Positions 46,313-55,810 of a stretch of 64,000 nt of DNA are shown here, in pieces. Numbering within the stretch: position 1 is the first letter of the stretch; each line of letters opens with the position of its first letter. The notes under the pieces were generated by a model that worked only from the letters and a program-made list of their open reading frames with translations, was not told the origin of the DNA and did no database searches. A program made the position numbers and the translations under genes. The DNA comes from an uncultured Gammaproteobacteria bacterium (lineage in GTDB: Bacteria; Patescibacteriota; Microgenomatia; Levybacterales; UBA12049): NCBI GenBank assembly GCA_964408485.1, contig CAYOZJ010000001.1:28366-92365 (forward strand), read 5' to 3'.

Positions 46313-47428
46313 TTGCGTATGAGAAGTGCCAACGAAGTACCAACATTGCTATCCAACTTTGCAGTTAAACGCACCACAGCAAACTCTGAGTCATCTTACG
46401 CAGTACGCCGTTTCCCTCGTCTTGGAGCTATAAGAAGAGGGGGAGGGGGAGAAGATAGACAACCTAATATTAAAGTTCCTCGACCTGATATGGAAAAAAC
46501 GCTTACGCTGTTTCAGCAAAGTGCGGAAAAAACAGGACTGGAAATTGGCCAACATGACCCTGCGGTAAAACTTCTCCGTGTTACAGGAATCGGATTTGGA
46601 GACTCACGCGAAAATCCTAATATGCATCCAGCAGAAGCGCTCATGCAAATCAACGATGGGACAGGAAACTCTCTGAGATTTCGTCTCATTAACCAGGGAT
46701 CATTCACTGACGGAGAAGGACGAGTATGGGACGGAAGAGTTGTCGCATTTGTCGAGCAAGCAAAAATTCATGGACAAAATATCGACTTAACTCATGAAAT
46801 GACTCACGAGGGTTTTGTTTTTCTTACTAAAGGTATGCCTGATATTCTTCAACAAGTAAAAAATGGGGATCAACCTACAGCAACAATCCGCCAAGAAACA
46901 CCAGACGCGGTTTGTTTTATTGACGGTCATCACACATTTATTGGAAGACATGACATGGGATGTTACTGTAAAGAAGAACGAGAAGCATCCCTTGCCGTTA
47001 TTCACGCTACAGGCGGGGTGAGCAGTCTTATGCCAGGCACAGGAAATGGCAATGGAAGAAGAGCACAAGACATGCAAATTGCCGCACGCTATAGCCTTGC
47101 AGAAAACGACAGCTCTCTTGAATTACTTCCTTCCTATCCTGAGGTCTATAACAGAATGGGCAAGAAGGGCGATGATAGGAATAGGACACTAAAAATTTCA
47201 ACCCTCCTTCTTGAACATCTTTTCCAAATAAAAAATGTTCCAAATATCACAACGTTAACTGAAAGCAAAGCAAAGCAAAATGTTTGGAATGAATTTGGTG
47301 CACAACACATGGTAACTGGACAGTCTCTCCATGTAACTCCTGTTGACCACCCTGACTCACGATACAAACAGCAAGTTTTGGGTTACTCACGAGCAGACGA
47401 AGTACCTTTCCCGCTTCAGCGCAGATAA
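46313..47428 (+). CDS. hypothetical protein with HExxH motif (putative metallo-hydrolase)
   Basis: LTHEMTHEGF contains HEMTH, an HExxH zinc-binding motif. No other family signature. Part of the integrase-adjacent cargo. Start may be a downstream Met. Confidence 0.45.
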   Translation: MRMRSANEVPTLLSNFAVKRTTANSESSYAVRRFPRLGAIRRGGGGEDRQPNIKVPRPDMEKTLTLFQQSAEKTGLEIGQHDPAVKLLRVTGIGFGDSRENPNMHPAEALMQINDGTGNSLRFRLINQGSFTDGEGRVWDGRVVAFVEQAKIHGQNIDLTHEMTHEGFVFLTKGMPDILQQVKNGDQPTATIRQETPDAVCFIDGHHTFIGRHDMGCYCKEEREASLAVIHATGGVSSLMPGTGNGNGRRAQDMQIAARYSLAENDSSLELLPSYPEVYNRMGKKGDDRNRTLKISTLLLEHLFQIKNVPNITTLTESKAKQNVWNEFGAQHMVTGQSLHVTPVDHPDSRYKQQVLGYSRADEVPFPLQRR

Positions 47429-47471
47429 AAGAATCTTGTCAATAAGTGGGTTTTCCCATATACTGTCTAAT

Positions 47472-48020
47472 ATGCCTCTTACCAAATCAGATATTGCCAA
47501 GGAGTATCAACCTTTCATAAGTGTCCAGGATTATTCTCCCAAGCAAAAAATTGAAGGCGTAGAAGTTGTTGAAATAAAAGTCTTTACTGGGGAAGACGGC
47601 GACTTTTCCGAATTAGCACGACTCACGCCAAGTGGAAAATTAGAAGGATTTCCTGATTTTCAAGTGCGACAAATGAGTAGATCCAAAGTTATGCCAAAAT
47701 CTGTCAAGGCATGGCATTTTCATTTAAAGCAAGATGAAATCCAGACAGTACTTCCTGAAGATAAATTAATTATTGGTCTGTGGGACCTGAGGGAAAAATC
47801 TAAGACAAAGAGTATGACCATGAGGCTAGCATTTGGGGGAGGAAAGGCTCACTGGCTTTATATCCCTAAAGGAGTTGCACACGGCTACATGAATCCATTC
47901 GAAACACCAGCAACAGTACTCTATATGATGAACGAGCAATTTGATATAAAAAATCCAGATGAAATGCGCATGCCCTGGGACGCAATGGGTAAAGAATTTT
48001 GGGAATTAGCCAAAGAATAG
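47472..48020 (+). CDS. RmlC-like cupin (dTDP-4-dehydrorhamnose 3,5-epimerase family)
   Basis: WHFHLKQDE...IPKGVAHGY resembles RmlC catalytic His and Tyr motifs. Start placed at MPLTKSD. Confidence 0.55.
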   Translation: MPLTKSDIAKEYQPFISVQDYSPKQKIEGVEVVEIKVFTGEDGDFSELARLTPSGKLEGFPDFQVRQMSRSKVMPKSVKAWHFHLKQDEIQTVLPEDKLIIGLWDLREKSKTKSMTMRLAFGGGKAHWLYIPKGVAHGYMNPFETPATVLYMMNEQFDIKNPDEMRMPWDAMGKEFWELAKE

Positions 48021-48085
48021 CCTCAAAGCGTAAGAATTTGTCTTATAGTATTGACATTTCTGAAAGAAATGTTTATAATGCTCAT

Positions 48086-48964
48086 ATGAATCGAGTACCC
48101 GAAGGCTACGTGCCAGGTAATTATTCTCAAACTCCTGATGTAAGTAAAGTTCCACTAGTCGGAGGAGCGGTAAATGTACTATCTCAGGTGAATATGACAA
48201 GAAAGCGAGCATTGGCAGCTTCCCGGGCAGTTGCACAAACACCAGGAAGAGCAATCGAGGCAGGAAGAAACGCTGCACAACATGCAAGAACAGATATAAG
48301 CAGAGGCTTAACTTCTAAAACAAAAGCTATTGAAACAGGAATAGACCAGGCGAGTCAAGCACTTGCTGAACGCGCAGAAAGAGCAAAAGCCGATCTAGGT
48401 AATAGTATTACCTCTACGTTAAAGGCAGCTGAAGCTGCAATCAACACAAGCAACCAAAGACTTGACACTACTGGACAGAGGCTTGCCCAACGATTTGAAA
48501 CTACAATGACAAATCTAGATACCAGACTTAGTCATGTAAAGGCTGCTATTGAAAGCGTAGAAACGAAGATCGATGACGCGATGGGATTGAAAAAAACTCA
48601 AGCATTTTCAGAACCAAAATTACCTACACCCCCGACACACAGACAAACCAAAACTATTAATAGGCGCGAATATACTCCAGATGAAAACGCAGGACAAGAT
48701 GAAAGACCTAAAGTAAGAAATACTACAGAACCGAGCTATGTGGATCTGCGATCTCACGACTTAGGTCAAAATACTCTACGCGAGACTAGAAAACCTACTG
48801 ACCCTAATAGTCGTTCCAATGATCTTGAGCTAGGTGCAGATGGTAAACCATGGGATGTTGCCCTACGTGAGAGACTTGGCGTACCAAAACCAGGAACCTA
48901 TATTTCAAGTCCTGAGCAAAGAAAAGCAGAACTGCAAGAAGTCTTTAGACGTTACCATTTATAA
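48086..48964 (+). CDS. hypothetical helical-repeat protein
   Basis: Long amphipathic, coiled-coil-like repeats (ALAERAERAKADLGNSITSTLKAAEAA...). No family recognised. Confidence 0.45.
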   Translation: MNRVPEGYVPGNYSQTPDVSKVPLVGGAVNVLSQVNMTRKRALAASRAVAQTPGRAIEAGRNAAQHARTDISRGLTSKTKAIETGIDQASQALAERAERAKADLGNSITSTLKAAEAAINTSNQRLDTTGQRLAQRFETTMTNLDTRLSHVKAAIESVETKIDDAMGLKKTQAFSEPKLPTPPTHRQTKTINRREYTPDENAGQDERPKVRNTTEPSYVDLRSHDLGQNTLRETRKPTDPNSRSNDLELGADGKPWDVALRERLGVPKPGTYISSPEQRKAELQEVFRRYHL

Positions 48965-48965
48965 T

Positions 48966-49988
48966 TTATTTCCCCTTATTACCACTGTGAAATTGCTTGT
49001 GAATGTCTCTTAACTGCTTATTTGTGATATGCGTGTAAATTTGGGTTGTGGCAATGTTTTTATGCCCAAGCATTTCTTGTACACTTCTCAAATCCGCCCC
49101 GTTAGACAATAAGTCTGTTGCAAAACTATGTCGCAAGGTATGGACCGTTGCATCAACAGGTATCCGGGCTATCCGCACATACTTTTTTACCATTCGCTCT
49201 ACACTTCGTGGCGTTAGTCGCATTTTCTCTCCACCATTCTCGGGCATTTCCTTACCAGAGTAGCGAATAAAAAGAGGCTTATACACGTCTTCTCTAGCAG
49301 CCATATATTTCTCGATCCAATCTGCAGCTCTATCGGAAATAAAGACCACACGCGCTCGTCCGCCTTTTCCAATAACACCAAACTCGCGTCTTTCTATATT
49401 TATCTGCTGATGATTTAACTTACATAGCTCAGACACACGAAGACCAGTCGAGAAGAGGAGTTCTAGCATTGCTCTATCTCGAATTCCCTCAATTTTGGAC
49501 GTATCGATACTCGTTACCATTCTGTCTATATGATCTCGCTCTAAAAATTTAAGGCTTCTAGATTCTGTTTTGGGTAAATCAATTTTTGTCGGCTCAAGTG
49601 TCTTGACATCATTTTTTAAAAGAAATTTCAAAAAAGACCGAAGACAAATAATGTAGTAATTTTGGGTAACGCGTTTCATCGTCATCCCGTGCAAGTCCAT
49701 TTTGGATGCTAAAAATACTCTAAATCTTCTTACTGTCTGCACGTCTAAATCTTCTATTGTTTTATGTGTCTGCGTTGTCCCAAACCATTCACCAAATACT
49801 TCTAAGTAGTGCCTATAATCTCTAATAGTAAGTTTGGAGCAATTTCGCTCAACAGATAAGTAGTCTAAGAAATCATTTATATGAAGGAGTAGGGAAGGGG
49901 GCATATTATTTTCAGGGGTAGGGATAGGCAAATGTGTTTCTTCGGGAATTACTGAAACAACTGGTGCTAAAACATCTTGGGCAGTCAT
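48966..49988 (-). CDS. tyrosine recombinase (XerC/XerD / phage-integrase family)
   Basis: C-terminal catalytic R...HxxR...Y motifs (HTLRHSFATDLL...LGHKNIATTQIYTHI) and N-terminal SAM-like core-binding domain. Cannot tell whether it is the chromosomal Xer or an element integrase. Confidence 0.85.
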   Translation of the reverse strand: MTAQDVLAPVVSVIPEETHLPIPTPENNMPPSLLLHINDFLDYLSVERNCSKLTIRDYRHYLEVFGEWFGTTQTHKTIEDLDVQTVRRFRVFLASKMDLHGMTMKRVTQNYYIICLRSFLKFLLKNDVKTLEPTKIDLPKTESRSLKFLERDHIDRMVTSIDTSKIEGIRDRAMLELLFSTGLRVSELCKLNHQQINIERREFGVIGKGGRARVVFISDRAADWIEKYMAAREDVYKPLFIRYSGKEMPENGGEKMRLTPRSVERMVKKYVRIARIPVDATVHTLRHSFATDLLSNGADLRSVQEMLGHKNIATTQIYTHITNKQLRDIHKQFHSGNKGK

Positions 49989-50065
49989 AGATATTGATGA
50001 TTTATAATTTATTATTTACCATTGACGAAAACTTTTATGGACATATTAATTAGAATATTTTGCGA

Positions 50066-50126
50066 CGTGAAAACTCATGTCGTAAAATGTAACAACCTCT
50101 TAACTTATTCTGCGACGTGAAAACTC
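50066..50126 (+). promoter_or_regulatory. two direct repeats ATTYTGCGACGTGAAAACTC (40-nt periodicity) in the divergent integrase / ORF50148 spacer
   Basis: Copies at 50066-50086 and 50104-50126. Related GTGCGACGTT at 51501-51510 and CGTGAAAAGT / CGTGAAACCT at 51995-52030. Confidence 0.5.
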
Positions 50127-50147
50127 TTTTGTCAACTCTTCTACTTA

Positions 50148-51005
50148 GTGTACAATTGTTCTATGAATTTAAGGAAAGCAATTGTTCAAGTTCAGCAAAT
50201 TGGTCTTGAGCATGGATTTACCATAGTCATTGTTGGAGGCGCGCTAGTGCGACTTATTGGTAAAAAAACAACAATTACAAAAATAGATGCAGACAAAAAA
50301 AATATTTTTCTTGAAGGAGCAGAAAATCCGACAACCAAAAGGGAAGACGCTAAAACAACAGTAGATATAGATTGTATTGCTTTCTCAAATAACCATGATC
50401 CTTTTGAAAAAGAAGTAAGAAAAGACTTCGAAAATCTGCAGAAAGATCTAAAAAAGCTACAACAATCAGACTTTCCTGCTATATCTCTAGAACCAGTCCT
50501 ATATCATCCATATTTCCCCAAACCAAATAATCTTCTTCAATTTGTCTCATCTGTTGAATCCTACCATGACCATGACTATTTTTTCCGTTTGGGAAGCATT
50601 AAACAGGATGTTAAGAAATCATCTCTTTCATTCTGGACATACACATTTGATAATTCAGACCAACAAATTACAAGCCTTAGTCCTTTGGCAATTCAACTAC
50701 GGTATAAAATCCGCGGATTCTCTATAAAACCTAAAGATAAAGAAAAAATATTTGGAAATAAATCAGCATTTGCTCAATTTACTGCAGGTTTTAATACAAA
50801 AACCAAGGACGCTTATAAAAATGACTATGCTGAGTGGGATAAATTTGCAGAAAGCGTGAGCAATGCCAAACAACCATCTCTACGACTCAAGAAAGCCCTC
50901 TGGGACGCGTATTGGAACACAATTGGCACATACCTCGCTCATGGTACAGGATTTGTTGGGAAATTGCTTTTGCCTCTTGGCAATACCTTCTTTGCGGGAA
51001 AATGA
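50148..51005 (+). CDS. hypothetical protein (285 aa)
   Basis: Intact ORF with no recognisable motifs. Confidence 0.4.
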   Translation: MYNCSMNLRKAIVQVQQIGLEHGFTIVIVGGALVRLIGKKTTITKIDADKKNIFLEGAENPTTKREDAKTTVDIDCIAFSNNHDPFEKEVRKDFENLQKDLKKLQQSDFPAISLEPVLYHPYFPKPNNLLQFVSSVESYHDHDYFFRLGSIKQDVKKSSLSFWTYTFDNSDQQITSLSPLAIQLRYKIRGFSIKPKDKEKIFGNKSAFAQFTAGFNTKTKDAYKNDYAEWDKFAESVSNAKQPSLRLKKALWDAYWNTIGTYLAHGTGFVGKLLLPLGNTFFAGK

Positions 51006-51015
51006 TTGTTACCTT

Positions 51016-51195
51016 TTACCCACGCTCTGTATGAACCGAAGTTTGTTCTCTTGTTCTCTCATCGTGTTCTTTCGCAACTTCATCTGCTTTACTAAATTCT
51101 GCATACTTATTGCTTTTTCTTTCACCACCTTGACCAGGTTTTACATTTTTCCTAGCGTCGCGTTGTGCTTTTTGAAAATTTGACTTTGAAGCCAT
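51016..51195 (-). CDS. small basic hypothetical protein
   Basis: MASKSNFQKAQRDARKNVKPGQGGERK.... Start taken at the internal Met. Confidence 0.3.
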   Translation of the reverse strand: MASKSNFQKAQRDARKNVKPGQGGERKSNKYAEFSKADEVAKEHDERTREQTSVHTERG

Positions 51196-52200
51196 TTGAG
51201 AAAATATAAAATATTTGCAAACCCTTGTCAACAGAGAGTTAATTGTGCATTTATCATTTAATAAAAACTACAGCTTTAATGAAAAAAGTAAATTTACTTT
51301 ATAAACAAGCACTGTTTATAAAACTTTTAAGTCCTGTAGTAGGGGATAGGACAATTTTTAGACCTGTCAAAAAGAGAGAATATTAAGCCGAAGAATGAAA
51401 GGTGTAATGACAAATGTGTCGTTATTTCTACAAAGTAATAAGCAGTAATCAAACCTCCTCCCCAGGACTCCAGCCTGAGTGACGTCGTAAAAGTATTATT
51501 GTGCGACGTTATTACATGAGCTTCCCTTGGGTCTTTACGTGGTATTTTTTGTCTTTTAAGACAAAGGCATTTGTCTATAAGTAACTCTTTATGGTAGGGG
51601 TAATAGACCTCTTCTCTAAGAAGAGAACGATAAATTAATGAACAAGTGTTCGTCCCTTCATGTACCTATTCGTCCTAAGGCATCCTAGGCCACTACTTTC
51701 CCCGAAAGGCCTAAGCAGCATTACGATTTGGTTGCCAATTAAGGCTAAAGTCTCTAAATTAGCTTCAATCTGTAAGAAATATGAGAGCAACTATGATGGT
51801 TTAGATTGATTTATCGACCTAAACTTTCCATTTTAGCCTCGAAATGCGAATAGTCGTTCGACTTTTTTTCATTCATTTCAGTACAGACTGTATCAAGAAG
51901 GAGGTACTCTTTCACATCACAATATGAATATTCACGCTTGTGCTACCCGCATATACTCGCTTTATGGTGAAGCATATATGCTTTCTTGTTTAGAGGGCCG
52001 TGAAAAGTGAGGCTTTAAAACCCGTGAAACCTCTTGAGTTATCCACATTGAGCTTGTCGAAATGTCCTATAATTTTAGATATTTTATTATAGGTCTTATA
52101 GTTTATGTGTATCAAACTATATCATTTGAGGCTATTTTCCTAAAATACCCACTCTCCTCTTCCCTAGTTGATTAAGAAGAAATTTTTATTTTATTCGTAG

Positions 52201-52398
52201 CTAGTTAGCCTCAGAATTATTTGAATCCTGCTCATCCTTCATAAACTCTTCATGATGATTAATTGCTTCCTGAGCATTTTTCCTTCGACCTAGAGGTAAT
52301 GAATCATGCATTTTCTGTAATATTTCCTTTACTGTTTCATCTATCTTTCTTCCCCATTTTCTATGTTTGTATGAAGAATATCTATCATTCATTGCCAA
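52201..52398 (-). CDS. small hypothetical protein (65 aa)
   Basis: Intact ORF overlapping the next gene by 10 nt. Confidence 0.3.
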   Translation of the reverse strand: MAMNDRYSSYKHRKWGRKIDETVKEILQKMHDSLPLGRRKNAQEAINHHEEFMKDEQDSNNSEAN

Positions 52399-53237
52399 TT
52401 ACTAAACCACAATAAAACAAAAACAGCAACAACTGCAACCCAAGAATACTCCCAGAGTACACTTTTAAAAAGCCTTTTATCTAACCAAACATGCGTAAGT
52501 CCGGTAAAAATATAAAATACAGCAGCAATAAAAAGAGCAAAAACAGTTGGTGGCGTTGGCCAAAACCACAAGAGCGCAGCAAACTCCGTCATACAAATAG
52601 TAAGGATACCATTCCACAGTAAATCATCCCGCACGCTCTTCCCTAGTGTATACGTCCAAATACTGTGGAGGAAAAATAAAAAGGTAAATAATGCAAATAA
52701 CCCAAGTGTTGGAAAAATACTAAGTCGAAAAGAAAAAATAGTATTTGTTACAAAAAAGTATGCAACAAGGGTTATGACAAAGGTAACGATTCTCGCACTG
52801 CTTAGTAACGCTATTGTGCGAATACTTCCTACAACAAAGATATTCTCAGAAAGCAAAACTGAGTACATTCCAATTGCAAAAAGTGAGGTAAGGATTAATC
52901 TTGTCAAAAGTCTTGCTGGCGCCAGAAAGTAGAAAAAACCAAAAGACAAACTCCATAAAAAAGGAAGGGTTAATGGATAGATTGAGAAATTTGAAAATAA
53001 GTCGTCACCAAGTGACATGATAACCAACAAATCTGTTACAACAGCAAGAATGCCTGCGAAAAGTACACCGTAGCCACTAAAAAGATACTCTGAAGAAAAA
53101 AGACCAACAGACAAAAGTCCAACAGTAATGACAAATTTTTGCCTTTTGCTCAAAGAAATTCTTGAACCATTTTCTTTTTTATGAGGTTTTGGTTGCAAGT
53201 GTGGCGGAAGCAACCTAATAAATATATTCTGTATCAT
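52389..53237 (-). CDS. polytopic membrane protein, unknown function
   Basis: About 8 predicted TM segments. Confidence 0.5.
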   Translation of the reverse strand: MIQNIFIRLLPPHLQPKPHKKENGSRISLSKRQKFVITVGLLSVGLFSSEYLFSGYGVLFAGILAVVTDLLVIMSLGDDLFSNFSIYPLTLPFLWSLSFGFFYFLAPARLLTRLILTSLFAIGMYSVLLSENIFVVGSIRTIALLSSARIVTFVITLVAYFFVTNTIFSFRLSIFPTLGLFALFTFLFFLHSIWTYTLGKSVRDDLLWNGILTICMTEFAALLWFWPTPPTVFALFIAAVFYIFTGLTHVWLDKRLFKSVLWEYSWVAVVAVFVLLWFSNWQ

Positions 53238-53240
53238 CTG

Positions 53241-53960
53241 CTACACCATGTTTGAGTATGTTTTCTGTACGTCATCCAACTCTTCAATTCTTTCAAGCAA
53301 ATTCATTACTTTCTCGCCTGTTGCATCATCTACTTCCATTGTTACTGTTGGTTTAAAAATCAGTTCCATTTCCTTAACAACTATCCCCTTATCAGAAAGA
53401 CTATCCCTCACCTTTGCTAAATCAGAGGGATTCGTGTAGACAAATGCCAATTCGTCTGCTTCTTCTACATCTTCTGCCCCGCTATCTGCTGCTTCCAAGA
53501 AAAGATCATCAAATGACTTGTTACCCTTTTCTACTACTAATTGCCCCATTTTTTTAAATTGATAACTTACCGATCCCATGGCTCCCATATTTCCCCCATT
53601 TTTATTAAACGCGTTTGCAACTTCACTTGTTGTTCTATTTTTATTATCCGTTGCCGCCTCAACAATAATCCCAACTCCATTTGGACCAAAACCTTCATAC
53701 AGCACCTCTTCCATGACTCCTCCACCTTTCCCTGCTCCCTTTTCAATTGCCCGTTCTATATTTTCTTTGGGCATATTTGCTGCTCTTGCTGCCTCTACAG
53801 CAAGTCGAAGTCGAAAATTTTGTGCAGGATCAGGAACACCGCCTCCGGAAACAACGGCAATAGAAATTGCTTTTGAAAGTTTGGTAAAAATTGCGCCACG
53901 CTTTGCATCGTTGGCACCTTTTTGACGTTTAATTGTTGACCATTTTGAATGTCCAGACAT
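53241..53960 (-). CDS. yebC: YebC/PmpR-family transcriptional regulator
   Basis: MSGHSKWSTIKRQKGANDAKRGAIFTKLSK canonical N-terminus. Confidence 0.9.
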   Translation of the reverse strand: MSGHSKWSTIKRQKGANDAKRGAIFTKLSKAISIAVVSGGGVPDPAQNFRLRLAVEAARAANMPKENIERAIEKGAGKGGGVMEEVLYEGFGPNGVGIIVEAATDNKNRTTSEVANAFNKNGGNMGAMGSVSYQFKKMGQLVVEKGNKSFDDLFLEAADSGAEDVEEADELAFVYTNPSDLAKVRDSLSDKGIVVKEMELIFKPTVTMEVDDATGEKVMNLLERIEELDDVQKTYSNMV

Positions 53961-54003
53961 AAAATGCTTAGGGCATAGTGCCTAGTGCTTAGAGAAAAAC
54001 TCT

Positions 54004-54774
54004 ATGCTCTTTGCCCTATGCTCTTTGCGTAATTATACCTCTTCCACCTTGACTTTTGCAATGAAGACCGTTACAATTTTTCAATTAGAAACTACTAAAT
54101 TCTTCAAAATGACTTCTTTAAAAACACAAGCAATCCAAATAGCCCTCCTTGGTGATTGGCAACAAGCAGCGAGCCTAAATACGCAAATTATTAAAGAAAA
54201 TCCCAAAGATACCGAAGCCCTTAACCGCTTAGCATTTGCCCTGACTGCCTTGGGAAATAATAAAGAGGCAAAAGAAACATATGAGCGCGTTCTCATTCTT
54301 GATCCACTTAATCCAATTGCATCACGTGGACTTAAAAGAATCGCTACACCAGGTAGTCATGCTGCAATTCCAACACATTTGGTAAGTAATATGTTTTTAG
54401 AAGAGTCAGGTAAAACAAAAATTGTGAGCTTACTAAATACCGCTCCGGCAAAGGAAATTCATAGTCTGCAAATTGGTCAAACAGTATTGCTTTGCAAAAA
54501 ACGTAATAAAATTTTTATCCAAGGGGAAAGCAAGGAATATATTGGTGTACTTCCCGATGATTTAGGAAGACGACTTATTAAATTTATTGACGGCGGAAAT
54601 GACTACGAAGCATATATAAAGTCTGCCAACGATCATGGAGTTGTTATTTTCCTTAAGGAAACAAAACGAGCAAATCGTTTTAAAAACCAACCGTCATTTT
54701 TATTCGGTGACAAAACACATCTTTCTTTCAGCAAAACCCCTGCAAAAGTTCCTCAAGAGGAAGTTGAAGAGTGA
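54004..54774 (+). CDS. TPR-repeat hypothetical protein
   Basis: TPR-like helices (EALNRLAFALTALGNNKEAKETYERVLILDPLNP). Start may be the downstream MTSLKTQ. Confidence 0.45.
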   Translation: MLFALCSLRNYTSSTLTFAMKTVTIFQLETTKFFKMTSLKTQAIQIALLGDWQQAASLNTQIIKENPKDTEALNRLAFALTALGNNKEAKETYERVLILDPLNPIASRGLKRIATPGSHAAIPTHLVSNMFLEESGKTKIVSLLNTAPAKEIHSLQIGQTVLLCKKRNKIFIQGESKEYIGVLPDDLGRRLIKFIDGGNDYEAYIKSANDHGVVIFLKETKRANRFKNQPSFLFGDKTHLSFSKTPAKVPQEEVEE

Positions 54775-55021
54775 TTACTACTTTGCCAATAGGCATTTAT
54801 TGAAAATAGTATTAGCGGTGGCCAATTCTTCTGAAGCAAGTTTGCCTGGTGCTAACCAAGTTTATTTTTTCTTGTAGTAGTACAGCACTCTCCCCTTTGC
54901 CAATTTTTCCTTTACTTCTGCTACCTCTCTTTGCTTTTTTGATTCACGAATGAGCGAAGTATACGAAATAACAACAGAAATAATAACTAAAAGGAAAATA
55001 ACAATGGCAAGAATCATAGTC

Positions 55022-55810
55022 TTATTCTACCAGGGAAATACTTTTTTTGCCAAGAATAAGCGTGATGTCCGAAAGTCCAGGCTCTGTTGCATGGATAACT
55101 TGCCCATTAAAGAGCCGTTGTAATCGATTAATCGTATACGAATTTGTCTGCTGTGCTGAAATAGTTGTCCCGTCTTGTACGGAATCTGATGTAATAACAG
55201 AAATAACATTCACACCAATGGTAGTTAACATGTGGGCAAGCTTTGATCCAATACCACTTTCCCCTGTTGCATTCACAATGGTAACGCTTTCATTGTCATT
55301 GTATATAGTGGTATCAACAAAAAGACTGGGAAGCTCTTTTTCCGTCACAGTTGCATCAACTGGCAGTGTTATGGAAGCATGCTGAAAGTCACTGGGCTTA
55401 AGGGAATTTGTAAAAATGAGTAACCTTACTTTGTCGATGATTGTCATACCGCTTTCAGATTTTGTCCCAAAAAGCATTGTCCCAACAAGTTTTGATGTAT
55501 CTTGCATTGTATTCATCTGAATTGTTGCATCTGTGGGAATTCCTAGATATTTTCCAAAACCGTGGTCTGTGCTACCGGTAATAAAAAGTGTTACAACTGA
55601 TTTTTTGTCTGGATTAAATGCAATAATCTCGCCTCTAGCTTTACTTTCATCAACTTCAACAATATATTGATGCGCGCTATCAAATGCGGATGCCCGAAGA
55701 ACTAAAAATAGCTTGAGAAGAATTCCACTAAAAACAAGTAGACCTATGCAGATAAAAAAAATTACTGCAATCTTTAAACTTGCATCATGATGACTGGGCG
55801 AGCGTCTCAT
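55022..55810 (-). CDS. membrane-anchored LytR_C-domain protein
   Basis: N-terminal TM segment. C-terminal VTIVNATGESGIGSKLAHMLTTIGVNV resembles the LytR_C (cell-envelope-related) domain. Confidence 0.45.
   Translation of the reverse strand: MRRSPSHHDASLKIAVIFFICIGLLVFSGILLKLFLVLRASAFDSAHQYIVEVDESKARGEIIAFNPDKKSVVTLFITGSTDHGFGKYLGIPTDATIQMNTMQDTSKLVGTMLFGTKSESGMTIIDKVRLLIFTNSLKPSDFQHASITLPVDATVTEKELPSLFVDTTIYNDNESVTIVNATGESGIGSKLAHMLTTIGVNVISVITSDSVQDGTTISAQQTNSYTINRLQRLFNGQVIHATEPGLSDITLILGKKSISLVE

Noticed and set aside
46083-46346. Minus-strand 87-aa ORF after folD
   Set aside because: It spans two intrinsic terminators, a repeat unit and a promoter-like element, so the region is regulatory or intergenic.
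51232-52200. tmRNA or group II intron in the ORF-free kilobase
   Set aside because: No GGUUCGAnUCC T-arm with CCA tail, no tag-peptide frame, and no domain V consensus could be found by eye.
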